Source of the DNA: Monocercomonoides exilis PA203
Lineage: Eukaryota; Protista; Preaxostyla
NCBI GenBank assembly: GCA_001643675.2
Contig: LSRY02000023.1
Span: 868,001 to 932,000 of the forward strand
DNA: 64,000 nt
Reading direction: 5' to 3'
Positions 37,535 to 48,401 of the stretch are shown here, one piece after another (position 1 is the stretch's first letter; the number at the start of each line of letters is the position of its first letter). The notes below the pieces were generated by a model. It was not told the DNA's origin. It saw only the letters and a program-made list of their open reading frames with translations, and searched no databases. The position numbers were made by a program, and so were the translations under genes.

Positions 37535-40500
37535 GCCAGTCACCTTCAATTGTTGGAGGAAGAACGGAATATTTTCGAGAAGCGTGGAGAATGATAGATG
37601 GAGAGAAGTTGGTAAAAGAGGCGTCATTCCAATTTGGAAAAACAGGATAGCCAGGGAGAAATTACTAAACTCAAAAATGGAAACATACAGCCCCCATCAA
37701 TCAGGGGAAGCAACCAAAGCGATGGCAAAGCTGATCCAGAATCAGCTCGAAACGAACATAATACAAAAAATACAGAAAAGAAAGGTGAAACATTTAAATC
37801 CAGTGTTTGTGATAAAGAAAAAACAAGGGGGATGGAGACAAATTATCGATTGCAGAGCGTTGAACAATGCAACGAAGTCAATCCATTTCAAACTGGAGGA
37901 TTACAGGTCACTAGAACGAATTATAACAAGAGGAGATTATGCAACAACTTTAGACCTAAGCCAGGCCTACTATTTAGTGAAAGTGGACGACAACTTCAAG
38001 CCGTTTCTTGCGTTCGAATTCAACGAAAATTACTACTGTTTCAACGGAATGCCATTTGGATACAAAGATTCTCCAAGAATCTTTACAAAAATCATGAGGA
38101 AGGTGATACAATTCATCCGGGAGCAATGGAACGTAAGAGCAATCGCGTACCTCGACGATATTATTCTTCTTCACCAAGACCAAAAGAAATTAAAATGGAT
38201 AACTCAGAAAGTCGTTTCTCTTTTCGAAAGCCTTGGTCTTCTGGTAAACACAGAAAAGAGTCATTTGATTCCCTCACAAACTTTCACCTATTTGGGTTTC
38301 GAGTGGAACACGCACCAGTTCAATGTAGCTCTGGAAATGATGAGAACGAAAGAACTTATAAAGGAATGTACCAGATGGAGGAGGAGGTCCCTCAGAGCGA
38401 AAGAAGTGAGAGTAAGAGACCTTGCAGCGTTCATTGGAAAGCTGAACGCTACAAGGTTCGTGGTTCGAGAAGCTTCTCTGTTTCTCTCAGATCTTTATCG
38501 CACTTTAAACAAAATGGTTTCGATGGTGGGATGGAGAGGGAAGATGAGGATCAACCAGTCCATTCTCCCCAATCTAACCAAATGGATATCGAGGTTGAAA
38601 ACCAACACGCCAAGACAACTATGCCCACTCTTTCTTCCAGATGCAACACTTACGACGGATGCTTCCAGAAAAGCTGTTGGAGCTTATTTAAGAATCGGAA
38701 ACAGTATTTTGGATTTTCATCGCAGACTCCCCTATTGGCAACGAAATCAAAGTTCAAACTATCGGGAGATGTTCGCAATTTTGTCAGCTCTAACTCACTT
38801 CTCCCCAATTCTGTTATCCAATCGCATCCACAAACTACTTATCAGATCGGACAACTCAACATCGGTGTTCAACCTGAACAGGTGGCGGGCAGGAGCGAAT
38901 TTGAGAAGACTCCTATTGAAGATTTGGAAACAAACGCACACGATGCAGATTCAAGTGAAAGCGCAACACATCCCCGGTCAAAGAAACGAAAGGGCCGATT
39001 CTCTTTCCAGGCTAGAAAGGGGAGGCGACTATCAGATAAAGCAAGAATCCTACAAGGAGCTTGTAACGAAGATGAGATTGAACATAACGTTGGACGCTTT
39101 CGCCACAAAAACAAAACAAGAAAGTGAGCAGATGGTGCGGGCCAGGAAGCCCGATAAACGAAGACGGTCTGCAGCAGCCTTGGCGAGGAGAGACAGTTCT
39201 TGCTCATCCTCCAATTCCTCTCATTCTTCCGACAATCAGGAAAATGATTCTCGAACGAGCTCGAGGTCTTCTCCTTCTTCCCGATTGGAAGGGACAAATA
39301 TGGGAGCCGTTGTTGAAAAGAACGACCCATATAGAATGGATGTGGAAGAGCCAGAGCGAACTTCTTACCCCGGGACCATGGATGAAGAGGATGGATGCTT
39401 GCCTGCCACCAGGGAAGCTTCGAGTTGTACTGATGAATCCTTAGCGATCAATGGAGAACACTGGTTCAAAGGAGTTTTGCAAACAAGAGGATTTCCAATG
39501 GATATATGTGATCTGTGCAAATCCAGTCTTTCGCCTTCGACGTGGCATGGGTACTTACTCAGTTATGCTCATTTCGGAGACCAGTGGACAAACTGCGGCT
39601 ATGGTCTTTCTGTTGGAGATTGGTTCAATTGGGTCGTTAGATGTGCCGATGTTTTCCTTAAGCTTTTCAACAAGGGGCTGAAGGAGCAATCCCTTTGTAA
39701 AATACGATCTGCCATCTCTCTCATTTCTCAATTATTATTCGAGAGAAGTTTGGGAGATTACCCGCTTATGAAGCTTCTCTTCCGATCATTTAAAAGATTG
39801 GAAAGGAGGAAGAAGAAAAATAAGCCTGATATATGGAACCCCAAAATACTTCTTGATTATATATCGGGGCTAGGCGAGAACGCGAACTTATCCTTCACTA
39901 CTCTCACGAAGAAAACAATTTGTCTTTGCATGCTATTCTCCGCCTGCCGGTTCACCGAGCTCGAGCGGATCAGTCTGAAAACATTCTGCAGTGAGAGAAG
40001 ATTCAATTGCATTGGATACTTCGCTGAAAACAGGACCCGAAAGAACAGACATTATAATACCGTTTCTCACAGATACTCCTTCAATATGTCCTGCCTCAGC
40101 AGTGTGTGAATTGTGGTCCAGAATAAGCAAACTTCAAGACAACCCTGACCACTTGTTTATTAACGATCGCACAAAGATTCCACTTTCCGCAAGAGTGCTG
40201 AGAAAACTTGTTGCAAATCTCCTTCACGAGACAGGTATACCGAATTATTTTGGTCCTTACTCGATAAAGCATGCTTCAATATCTGCATTGACAATGGCTG
40301 GACTACCAATAGCGCAAGTGGCAAAGTTCGCAAGGCTGTCTCCACGAAGCGATACCATTATTAATTACTATTTTCAAAAAGATATCGCCACATCCTGTGC
40401 GAAAGTGATTGCAGATCAAGCGGCTATTAATGCAACTTCCTCCCAGACCCAGTCATCACCTTTAAGTCTGCAAACCCTTCGCAAACCAAAAATTACCTTT

Positions 40501-40875
40501 GATGACAATTCAAGTTCAGAAGATATTGAGGACTCTTCGTCAACTGACGAAGAGCAAGATGAGGAGGACTACAGTCTGAACTCAAAGTCTGACAACATCG
40601 AGAGCGAAAAAGGAATCAGGATCAGGTTGGAAAAACCTAATCTGCAATATGACAACAAAAGCCAAACGATCTACAACGACGAAGAAGAACCATCAAAGCC
40701 AGACTACGTGGAGGAGCCAGACGAGAACAGTCATAAAGAGTATGAAAGAAGGAATTTTCGTGAGAAAAGACTAGTTGGAGAAGTTGTCCAGAAGAAAACA
40801 ATTGAGATAACAATTAAAACCAGAGCGCAAGCCAAACGTGAGCAACTCGAACAATTGCTGAGGGATGACAAATAA
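37401..40875 (+). CDS. DIRS tyrosine recombinase ORF (YR domain ~39450-40380; long N-terminal part overlapping RT; three apparent homopolymer frameshifts)
   Basis: SAM-like region (STWHGY...IRSAIS), DIWNPKILLDYI, CRFTEL, LKT, SICPASAV, LFI, GPYSIKHAS, INYY. Correcting the three A-run indels joins the start of ORF 37305, ORF 37634, the end of ORF 37305 and ORF 39991 into one frame. Confidence 0.85.
37414..39444 (+). CDS. DIRS reverse transcriptase / RNase H / DNA adenine methyltransferase-like polyprotein (~676 codons; apparent frameshifts at 37614-37617 and 39107-39111)
   Basis: VGGRTEYFREAW (N-terminal DIRS RT motif, ORF 37456); LDLSQAY, GMPFG, AYLDD (38148-38159), TYLGF; RNase H TTDAS, NYREM, RSDNS, HIPGQRNERADSLSR; MT LDAFAT...DGLQQPW...AHPPIPLI...PDWKGQIW (ORF 39124). 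Confidence 0.92.
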
Positions 40876-40924
40876 GAGGTCAATCAAATAATAACAACAG
40901 CAGAGTATTCTCCCAATTATGGAA

Positions 40925-41031
40925 CTCTCTCGTAAATAGAAGAGAAGGAAGTGAGAGAATGTTTTCTTTTAAATCAAAGTGCTTGCGCTTTGATTGAAAA
41001 AGAAAATGTGAATCTCACTTCCTTCTCTTCT
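40925..41031 (+). repeat. DIRS internal complementary region (ICR)
   Basis: 40925-40995 is the reverse complement of 36585-36655; 40994-41031 is the reverse complement of 41254-41291; the two halves overlap by TT at 40994-40995. Confidence 0.95.
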
Positions 41032-41200
41032 TCCCGCCTCGATACACTCCCACCCTTATTATAAACAGATTCTGTTAATGACCCATCTTCCTTCTTCTTC
41101 AGGCGTGATATGTAATGAGCGCCATAACATTGTTATGTTTTTTAATGTTTCTATCCTTTTTAGCTATTTCACATCACCGTTGTAATCTATTACTATTTTG

Positions 41201-41291
41201 CATTTCAGATCAGTTGGGTGACTGACCCTTAAGTGATGATCTCTCTCGTAAATAGAAGAGAAGGAAGTGAGATTCACATTTTCTTTTTCAA
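41201..41291 (+). repeat. DIRS right ITR with a unique 3' extension (ttcacattttctttttcaa)
   Basis: Inverted match to the left ITR; the last 38 nt pair with the ICR. Confidence 0.93.
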
Positions 41292-42399
41292 GGATTCCCA
41301 ACTTCATTTGAGTTTCTGTTTTGTTATAATTTCACTTAATACAGAATAAAGAACATCATAATTATAACTTTCTTTAAAAATTATTTTATTGTTTTTTTCA
41401 CTTTTGTGAAAATGTGAGAAGATAATTTCTTTTTTTAGTAATTGAATAAAATGAACATATTGATTTTGATGCATTTTAAGGAAATTCCAAATATGAAAAC
41501 TTTTCAAATACATTAATCGATAACAATTTTTAATGTTTCTCTGTTTAAGTGAAATATTTGTAATCAAAAATTAATAAAAATATGGAAAGTTGAAAATACA
41601 GATATTCGATATTTGAATAACAAGACAATAGATTTTATGAAAGAGAAATCCTTGGAGCAATCAAGTTCTTTGAAAGCGGTGGATCATAACTTTTGTGTCG
41701 TAAATTGTTGATGGAAGGTGAAATAAAGACAAATAGTTCAAATGCATATTTATGGAGAAGTAATGAAGAATTATCCATTAAACGTTCATGCTTGAATCAA
41801 AATTAATGTTTGCAAGTTGTGTTGAATGTTTGTTTTCCTGAATAATATTGAATGTGTTGTTATACGCATTTGAATATTCGTGTTTTTATTAAGGCTGACA
41901 AAATGAAAATGCAGAACAAAATGATCGAGCAACAAACAGAGATATATACTTTATTGTTTTGAAGAAGAAGAAATCCGTTTTCTGCAAGATGAAGAAAAGT
42001 GAGGAAAGGGTATTTTAAAGAAAGAAAGACAGATGTGAAAACGTGGATATACATAAATTGAGCGTGAACATGACATTATGAAACGCTTGACCTTAGTTCC
42101 AGTTGAGGAAATGCTAAAGTTGAAAGATATTTTTTTATCTAAGAAGAGGAAATAATAGAGAAAAATGAGAGTTGGTAGAAAAAGAAATGTGGATTACCAT
42201 TTGTTTCCTTTTTTGAAGGAAAGAAGTAAAGGGGCAAGTTGAATGTTTGAAGGATTCAGTGAAAACTGCTTGCCAGAAGAATGTGCAACCAAAGAAGAAT
42301 AATTCAGATTCACACTTGTTTCAACGAGAGTCTTTGTATTAATTATCGTTAACCTTCATTATTCCAAATATCAAATAATTTCATCATAACATCTTCTTT

Positions 42400-43810
42400 T
42401 TCTTCTTCATTTCTTTCGAACTGCAATGATCTCTTCCTGGCTTTTCGTCCTCACTATAACTTGAAAGGATTCAACGCAGAAACACTCGAAAACGCATTCT
42501 TTCCCCTTCAATGAAATGCTGCTGCTCATGTACCGTAGAAAGCAATGGCTCATTTTCATCGTTTCATCATTCTTCTTCCTCCTCCTTTTTTTCTTCCATA
42601 TCAAATCCCATCTTCCTTATATACTTCATCGTTCTGATCTGGAGCAGCACGCCGATCAACTTCGCCATTCCGGATGCGGAGAATCGAAGAGAAGAAATTT
42701 TCAGAGAATGAGCAGCCATCATTATCGGAGCTTGGGATTGACCCTTCGGATGCGTCTGTGGTGGCGGCTTCACACACGTCGGCAGCAGCGATGGACTGCA
42801 TCGAAAGACGGCTGCGAATTGTGGTGCCAGAGGTGGCTGGGGTGCATGGGCGGCACATGCCGCTGTCGCTGCAGCTGCTGCGGGCGCTGTAGACGCTGCG
42901 GGGATTTGGGGATCGCCTCAGTCGAGGCGTGTGATGGCGAAGCTGGACGAGGAAGTGATGGGGCGAGGGGTTGCAGTGTGTGAAGCGGGGGAGATTGTGG
43001 TGAAGGAGCTGGAGGCAGCGGGGATGAGGACGGATGACGATGTGGTTCTATTGCCAGTAGATATTGAACAAACTATGCTGGAGGAGCGGGAAGAAGCAGA
43101 GGAAGGAGAAAGGGGAGGCAAAGAGGGAGAAGAAAATGGAGAAGAAGATGGAAGGAAAGAGGGAAGCGAGGGGAATGAGGAGAAAGGCGGATATCCGACA
43201 GCGCACAGAGAGTTTGTAGAAAGAATTAAAGAGAGCCAGGGGAAGCTGGAAGAAGCAATTGCACCGCTGGTTGTGGAAGGGCTTGGGCTGGGTCGGCTGA
43301 GGTTTGTAAAGGCGTGTGTGGGGACGGAGGCAGACAAACAGTAATTAACAGAATGTGACATGCGTAGTTGAACGCCAGGCGACGGCATTCAACAGGAGAA
43401 CAGGAGAGCAGAAGAAGAAGCAGAAGATGGATCCGGGCATAACTTCAGATGGAAATTCATATGGAGTAAAGAAAGATGAGGAACAAATGCAAATGTCGAA
43501 GAATGATTTGGCAATGTTTGAGGAGTCGGGGATAGAGGGCGGTTCGATTGATTTGGAGAAGGAAAAAGAGGAGGAGGAAGAAGAGAAAGTTGATAAAGAC
43601 GTGAAGCTTATTTTTAAGAAATGTAAAGGACAAAAGCAGAAAGATGAAATAATACTTGAGGTTCTGGAGAAATGGACACAGAGGAAGTAGCTTCAGCTTC
43701 GCATCAAAAAGGTATATTTTCACAAACATAGTTGAAGCGGAAGGAATAGGAAGAGAGTGTGAGGAAGAAAATAAAGAAAATGAAGAGATGAAATTTCTCA
43801 TGAATATCCA
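42400..43810 (+). pseudogene. GC-richer island of broken coding fragments (Glu/Gly-rich), unidentified
   Basis: Short ORFs 42674-42892, 42931-43344 and 43355-43690 separated by stops and frameshifts; composition differs from the flanks. Confidence 0.4.
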
Positions 43811-43842
43811 TTTGAAAAAAAAGGAGATAAGATGATTGGAAG

Positions 43843-44850
43843 TCAAATGTTGCACTCAGAATTATCAGCTGTATTGCTGTTCCACAATCTTAGTGTTGGA
43901 GTTGTTGAACCACATTGCTGGAATGGAGATTGGGTTATGGCATTGCTTCTAAAGAAAACAACGTTTCCTCTTCCATCAGTTGCAGTGTTGCCATCGAAGA
44001 AACAGAATGTGATGAATTTTACTCCATTCATCCAGGAATATGTGTCTCTGTTAAACATTGCAGCACCTCCTAATGAAGATGACGAATTTGTCAATTTGTT
44101 GTTTATAAACTGGCAGTCATAAACCAGAAATTGACTTGGTTTGTTTCCTGGAGGATCATAAAATGTTAAAGAATCTGCAGAATCGCCACCGGTATTTGAG
44201 ATGCACTTGCATTTGGTAACAAAAATTAGCAAGTTGAGGTCATATTTTTGAGCCAAAAAAACCAACCGGTTCCACACCAGTTTGTTATTGAACAACATTC
44301 CACTCTGTTATCTGAGAATGTCCAGACAGAACTGGATAGAGGATAAGCTATACAAATTGCTCCTCCATGCTTTGTTTGACAACTTGTGAAATGAGATTTT
44401 GCGATACTGATTTGCAATAAATTTTCACAAAACAAAGCTCCTCCTTCACCATTGCTTGATGTACATTTGTTGAATGAGCAAGAAGTGATTGTGAGGTTGG
44501 CATTTGTGCAGTTGACATAAAGTGCACCTCCTCAGGCACTTCCGCTACTTGAATCATTTCATTCGCATAACTCAAATCTATAGCTGTTAACATCGAATGA
44601 AGTCAGTCTTCCAGGTTTCTTTCTATCAGTTTCATTTCCAATATACTCAACAGGAGCATTTGTGGAAGAGCGTGTTTGATGAAGGAAAGAAGTGCTGAAA
44701 ATTAGAGAGAAGTGGAGGCTGTTTTGAGTGGTAAGGAATGAACGAATCTGGAGGAAGAGAGAGAAAATATTGCAAAAAGGATGGAAATTAGAGGAAACAG
44801 AAGAAGAAGAAAAAAGAAAATCAAGTTTGTCAGTGTCCACGTTGCATTAA
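43843..44850 (-). pseudogene. Frameshifted small beta-helix/Pmp-like surface protein gene
   Basis: Staggered minus-strand ORFs carrying HGGAI, LGGAAM, FTSC and FCFFDGNTATDGRGNVVF (compare FCFFSNNTAANLGHDVYV in the 1101-9182 protein). Confidence 0.65.
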
Positions 44851-45228
44851 GTGTATTTTTGCGGTTATTTGTGTATTAGACATTGAAATTGTTCAGAGCA
44901 TTTCACTTTTCCTCTTAACATTTTTATCCAAATAAAAATCGTATCATCTGCGTTTTTTTTTTTTTAAATAAACATAAAAATATAAATGAAACAAACCTTC
45001 AACTCACTTTATTCTACATTATTATGTCTTTCAAGCTCATTTTGTTGTAATTTCGTAACATTTCCAATTAAAATCAAATAGATCAAAGCCGTTTTAAAAA
45101 TTGAATAACTAATACTTAAAAAAACAACACCAAATGTTCCGATTAGTAATTTTGAAAAATAAAATATCATTTTTCATGGCTTTTTCATGATGGATTTCAG
45201 CGTTAATTTGCGTATGTAGTCTTTAATT

Positions 45229-45320
45229 AAAATGAACCAACTTCATTTAAAATAAACCAACTTCATTTGAATTAAATGGGTTTATTTGAATTGAAGAAGT
45301 TTATTCAAATTTCATCTAAT
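45229..45320. repeat. Short array of ~20-bp imperfect palindromic units (aaatgaa-N5-ttcattt), related to the DIRS flanks
   Basis: aaatgaaccaacttcattta aaataaaccaacttcatttg ...; ccaacttcatttga also occurs at 41298-41311, and aaatgaactcacttcattt at 36566-36584. Confidence 0.6.
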
Positions 45321-45500
45321 GCATCATTTAGTGGCTTTTATCGATACACAAAATTAATGATGTATTTTTTTGTGAACATTTGATGTGTCCAATGATCCTT
45401 TGTCAAAGCAGTTTCATTTGTGTAATTAAAAACAAATAAATAAATAGAATTTTTAAATTTATAAAAAAAATACTAAATTTAAAAAATGGGTAATTGTTTG

Positions 45501-46533
45501 TCCGGACATTTTTTTAATTAGAACAAAAAATTTAAAATTAAAATATCTCAGCAAATATTCAATATTAATTTACAGCAATTAGCACAGTTGTATATTGACG
45601 CACATGACTTCTGTTCACATACAAATTTTTATTGCGGTGTTGTATATTTTTTGAAATAACTTAATCTTATATCAGAAAAACTGACTTTTGATAAAATTTT
45701 CTTATTTAATAAAAGGATTCGGTTCATCTTTTGCACACACAACCTATTTTTTCTACCTTATTAACAATTCTGGTTGTTTTTTATTTTCGCTTATTTGCTC
45801 GTTTTGATTGAATGAAAATCTTTCATTTTTGAATAATTATTGTCAATGAGACAACTTAAAATATATTTTTCCTCGAATGCAGGAGCATCTAACTGAAATC
45901 AACACATGAAGTTATAAATATAATAGTTAAATAAAATTTCCACAAAGTTTTAATTAAAAATGACTCAGAAGAGATGTCATAATTATAATTTGTATTTAAT
46001 ATTGATTATTATCAATGTTCAATTTCATTGAAAGTCGAATTGATAATATTTTTTGAAATCCCTGCTGAATCATTTTTAATTAAAACTTTGTGGAAATTTT
46101 ATTAAACTATTATATTTATAACTTCATGTGTTGATTTCAGTTAGATGCTCCTGCATTCGAGGAAAAATATATTTTAAGTTGTCTCATTGACAATAATTAT
46201 TCAAAAATTACAGATTGTCATTCCATTCGAAAGAGCAAATAAGCGAAAATAAAAAACAACCAGAATTGTTAATATTATGGAAAAAATAGGTTGTGTGTGC
46301 AAAAGATGAACCGAATCCTTTTATTAAATAAGAAAATTTTATCAAAAGTCGGATTTTCAGATATCAAAATTACTTATTTCTTCATAAATACAACACAACA
46401 AATAAAAATTTGGATATGGTAAGATGTCATATATACTAATATACAACTATGCAAATTGCTGTAAATTAAAATTGAAAATTTGTTGAGATATTTTAATTTT
46501 AAATTTTTTGTTCTAATTAAAAAAATGTCAGGA
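45501..46533. mobile_element. Foldback/MITE-like element of ~1.03 kb with ~470-bp inverted arms (45501-45968 / 46065-46533)
   Basis: For example cctcgaatgcaggagcatctaactgaaatcaacacatgaagttataaat (45871) versus its reverse complement at ~46114-46162. Non-coding; no clear TSD. Confidence 0.88.
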
Positions 46534-47389
46534 TAAAAAAATAACGCTATTTTCTATTTCAATTGAAAACGAAATATCTGCGACTTTTCAAAAAGAATAA
46601 TTCTAAAAAGAAATACAAACAAAATATTGAGAAAAATATTTGTAAGCGCTGCGCGGAACAAAATTCATAAAACAAAATATTTCGTCCCATATCGAATGAG
46701 CCAAATAATAATCAAATCACTAAAGTTAAAAAAAATTTTTTTGTGAATTAAAAAAAGATAAAAAATACCATTTTGCCTTTCATGAGAGAAGAAAAATCGA
46801 CAGGCTTTCATCAACGCTATTTTCTTGAAACAGATGATAAATCTATTAATCAATAATTTCAAATGACATTTTTTTAAAAAGAAATAAATAAAAAAATTGA
46901 TCTGTCAAAATTGTTTGATTTCGATCATCTAAAATTAACAAAAGTCAATCCTTTGGAGTGTTAATAAAAAAGTTGAAATTAGAATACTTATGCGAAATGT
47001 GAATAAGGTAGGTTCATCACAAATAGAAGTAGATAAACAGAATATTTTACCCTCTAAGCAAAAATAAAATCTATAAAATTTATCAAAATTCAATTAAAAA
47101 CACATAAAAAGATTCGATAAGTCAAAAAAGAAATATGCAATATAAAATGAGAATAAAGAATAATTTGAATAAAAATTCCAAATGAACATCCTTTTTTGTT
47201 TTTTTGAAAAGATTGAAAATTTGCAGAAAGATTTTTGCAGTGAAATTGCGATTCAAAAATTGAAGAAAATTAGATACAGTTTCAGACAAGTAAAATTATG
47301 ATATCTTCATAAGTTGAGAAATTGAAGAAGTGTGTTGTGGTTAGTATCCTACACTATTCCTAAGATAATTGAAAAATGAATCAGCACAT

Positions 47390-48263
47390 TTATTTTTTTT
47401 AATAAATGCAAATAAAAAGTAAATAAGAAAAAATATAAGCTTCAAATAAGTTATAAGCGATAACAAACCTTGATATTTGCTTTCGCCTGTCACTGACTCA
47501 CCTTGACATCCGCTTGCAATATATAGAAGCGCTTCGAGATTCAGAGTTTTTTATTTCAAAATAAAATTCAAATATTGCATAAATAAAAAAATAAATAAAT
47601 AAAAACAAAAAATCGTTGTATCAAACATGAAACGAGAAAACATGTTGCACCAAAAATCATGGATGGAACAACAAAACATGGAATACAAAGAATGAAGTAA
47701 ATAACAGCGCGAGTGTAGAAGCTTACTATAAACGTCAAACACAAAACATGTAAATTAAGATTAAATCCGACTAAAAAAGCAAACATATTATTCCACTTAA
47801 CTGCGGATTGTTAATGTTTTGTGGTTGTACCAATCCAATCTCAAAGATAACTGTTGCTCCAATGCAAAGCAAACCAAAAAATGGTAAAATTATTTGATAA
47901 ATTCGTCGGTATATTGCCCAAGCTATAATGGATCCCTAATTTTTTGTTATCACAGCAAAGAAGCAAAAAAGCGAGAAAAATAAATAAAATAATCATAACC
48001 AAAAGGTACAAACATAAAAGAAAAACAAAAACAATTTTTGTGCATACAATGAAGTAAGCAGCATCTCCAATAAGTGCTGCGATCCATGCCCAGAAACATA
48101 CAGTTTTTAATGAAGATTTTGTAAATCGATCAAGAAAAGCACGTCGAAACCAAGGCCGTTGAGGTGCAACAGGTTGAGACAATGAAGTGGAACCAACTGC
48201 ACCTTCGTAAGCATTTGGAATAGCTCCGTAAGATTGTGGTTGTTGAGGTTGCTGATCCTCCAT
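47390..48263 (-). CDS. Small multi-exon multi-pass membrane protein (loosely Tvp18/flower- or p22phox-like; unverified)
   Basis: Spliced product ...VCFWAWIAALIGDAAYFI|GSIIAWAIYRRIYQIILPFFGLLCIGATVIFEIG...SFYTRAVIYFILCIPCFVVPSMIFGATCFLVS|ALLYIASGCQGE with about four hydrophobic helices. 3' end approximate. Confidence 0.6.
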
Positions 48264-48401
48264 AAAAAAGAATTATAAATCAAACAATGGTTGAGATCCT
48301 TGAAAATGATTCAATCATTGGAAACGACGCTTCACAACAAATTCATATTTATAACCAAAAATGTTTCAAAAGTTGGCCCATAAAAAATAGTTTTTCTTTA
48401 A

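Larger units (their letters stand above)
36585..41291 (+). mobile_element. Full-length DIRS1-type tyrosine-recombinase retrotransposon (4707 bp)
   Basis: ITRs (perfect 55-bp core 36624-36678 / 41218-41272), ICR 40925-41031 complementary to both outer termini, domain order gag - RT - RNase H - MT - YR, no target-site duplication beyond the shared AA. Confidence 0.96.

Noticed and set aside
37305-40109. 934-aa ORF as a natural RT-RNaseH-YR fusion protein
   Set aside because: It switches biological frames at A-run indels: the N-terminal RT motif and the MT domain lie in another frame, and the YR catalytic half is in ORF 39991.
45229-45320. 20-bp periodic palindromic repeats as a CRISPR array
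   Set aside because: No unique spacers of CRISPR length, degenerate units, no cas genes, eukaryotic context.
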